The notes under the pieces are model-generated. The model ran no database searches. It saw only the letters and a list, made by a program, of their open reading frames with translations, and had not been told where the DNA came from. Made by a program: the position numbers and the translations under genes. A DNA stretch of 64,000 bases from Leptogorgia sarmentosa (taxonomy: Eukaryota). Of this stretch, positions 61,806 to 64,000 are shown piece after piece (within the stretch, counting starts at the first letter, position 1; each line of letters begins with the position of its first letter). The stretch spans positions 1,178,001 to 1,242,000 of the forward strand of contig OZ210884.1 of the NCBI GenBank assembly GCA_964658305.1. The letters run 5' to 3'.

Positions 61806-64000
61806 CTGAAAGAAGGAAAACAAGATCAACTTAATGTATACATATATATAGACAATTAGTTAATATTAGATTCTCTCCCATCCGTTGATTGAACAATTCG
61901 TTTCTTTCCTTTTGTTTTTCCTGTGTCCTATTCTATCTGGCTTTTCAGCAAGGCATTTAATTTTTTAATACCGTGGAACGGTGGGGCATTTGACCCACTC
62001 GGTCCTTTCCTCTGCCCCACCACTGATGAACAAAATGGCCAATTGTCCCAAAGCCTGGGCCCTAGGACCTGTCTTGAGTAAATGAGTTTTACATTGAAAA
62101 GAAATTTAAAAGTATAATTTTTTATTGTTTTAAACTAATAGTGTGAAATGTTACTAAAACATGAAACAGAAAAATTATTTTGTATCTGATTCGTGTAGCA
62201 GGAAATCATGTCCCTACCTTGACAACCACTCAGGAATTCTCAGAAATAAATTTTGGTAACTGCGTATGCGCTTCGCCCATTTTATACTTGCGGCATGGTT
62301 GTGTTAGAATGCTTAGCGTACAATTTATTGCAAATTTCTCTATTTGTTTTGCCGAGATTTTTGGAAAAATATGTTCTCAGAATGGAGGAGATGGTATTTC
62401 AGAGATCCAAATTTAAAACATTTGGAGAGGGACGGACACACTCGCAGACCCCCAGCTAACTCGTGCCTGGAAACTCAGCTGTTTGTAGGGCAAGGAAATG
62501 GACCATTTGGCAGTCTTCCTCCACTACTGAAAAATCCTTAAAAAGCTTCTTCAGCTTCTTGTCCTTCTCGATTTTTTCAAGTCATTTTTGCATATGATGT
62601 ATCAGTTATAGACTTGTATAATATTAGAATATTATATTCTTGTATTCATACATTATACTCTGCCTCTTCTATTTTTTTAAATCAGTTTTTCGATTATAAG
62701 CTAGTTGAAAGGAGTCAGGTTCTTTGTGTCTGTCAACCTTGTAAGGAAAACACGATTACACACGATTATCATGGTATCTGGGGCAAGTTTGAAGTGCTAT
62801 TAGCCCGAACAAGTCTCTGTATTTGATCATTTAACATTAAAAAAATCAGTCTGAAAAGAAAACTTAGATACGTATATAGCTACGCACAAACATATTTGTC
62901 TCTTATTATGTTTTTCAGTTTTTCACTACAGGAAAGGAGCCGTAGTTTAAATCGAGATGCAGTAAAACACGGACGGCCATACGGTTACGGCGCCACTGCA
63001 TGATCGCATATTTTTAAATTTCATTCGAAGCGTGTATATATTTTTGGATTTTGACTTCTTGAGAAAAATTTTCGTTACTTTATGCGAGGCTTTCAGGACT
63101 TTTTTGCAAAACAGTATTTCGACCGTTCGTATGTACGCTAACTTTTGCCTCAGATGCAAAAGACCATTGGTTGTTCATTGTTTAGCAATTGTTCTGAAAA
63201 TCCTGCAAATGAAATGCGCGGAATCAGCGTTTGTTCGATTTCGTGTAATTTTTGTAATTCTGATTTCAGTATGAAAAAATCGTGCAAAGAGTCAATTTTC
63301 TTTTAGTTTTATCTGGACTAAGTTTAACTGTAGAAGTGAGCAGATCATGTGCAAATTTCCAGGGCATGTTTTGAAAAAGAAGCAATTTTCGGTGCTTTGA
63401 TTTTCCGTAATCTGAAATTTGTCAACGAGGCTGAATTTCTCGTTAGTTATATTTTTGAACTTTGGCATGTCTAATTTCACCAAAAAAAGCGTGCAAAACA
63501 AAAAACTCTATTCTCTTTCGGTATTGACTGGATAGAATGTTAGCTTAACTTATCAGATACACATTTTTAGGGCATGTTTTGCTCCTAGGGAGAAATTTAC
63601 TGAAATTTTCCGTGCTTTGTTTTTGATTCTTTGTAAACAGGCGTACGGAGTCTGGTCGTATTTTGAATTTTAGCAGGTCCATTTTCACGACGAAAATAGT
63701 CGTGTTGTGTCCATTGTGTTTCGGTTTTAGCTATTTGATACAATATTTTCTAAATATGCCAGATACAAAATTTTTATACCTATAGGGAAAAACTACATGC
63801 AAAAATACAGTTTTTCTGTAGTTCGTTTTCAAAACGTACAAACATTCCCTCTAATCACAAATTCTCTAAAATGGCCTTATACGTTGTAGTTTATCGAGCT
63901 GACATGATGTTATTTCTTTATGCTGCTGTTGAAGTATACTGATACGAGGTTCCTAAAGTAATTACCACGTCTTCAGTGGTTTTCGGGGAATGCAACATAA

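Noticed and set aside
62614..62826. CVCQPCKENT peptide resembling an ephrin-like Cys repeat
   Set aside because: Wrong strand for the SVEP1-like gene, incomplete Cys pattern and no matching splice sites.

Overview
AT-rich eukaryotic (metazoan) genomic DNA with GT-AG introns. The repeat content suggests a marine invertebrate, plausibly a cnidarian/anthozoan, but that is inference. Two large spliced genes converge tail-to-tail, and both lack their 5' ends in this window. (1) On the + strand, 810-25789 holds the last 28 coding exons (~1359 aa) of an RNF213/mysterin-like E3 ligase, including the C3HC4 RING, an intact RZ finger and the C-terminal domain, with one intron that needs a GC donor. (2) On the - strand, 61805-26622 holds the last ~24 coding exons (~1590 aa) of an SVEP1/polydom-like extracellular protein. 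Its SVEP1-type core (ephrin-receptor-like Cys repeats, 6 EGF, pentraxin) is followed by an unusual tail: PAN/apple, F5/8-C, EGF, sushi, 3 Ca-EGF, 6 sushi and 2 CUB. Introns are full of non-autonomous DNA transposons (hAT, PIF/Harbinger, Tc1/mariner-type MITEs, some nested), an L2-type LINE fragment and unclassified repeats. The most notable non-genic signals are a minimal type-I hammerhead ribozyme (52215-52260), a monomer combining a tRNA-like segment with a degenerate hammerhead-like core (7064-7345), and an 825-bp foldback Harbinger with two 391-bp arms that each carry the start of a MADF gene. All exon boundaries were derived by hand from splice signals and phase continuity; no database searches were run.
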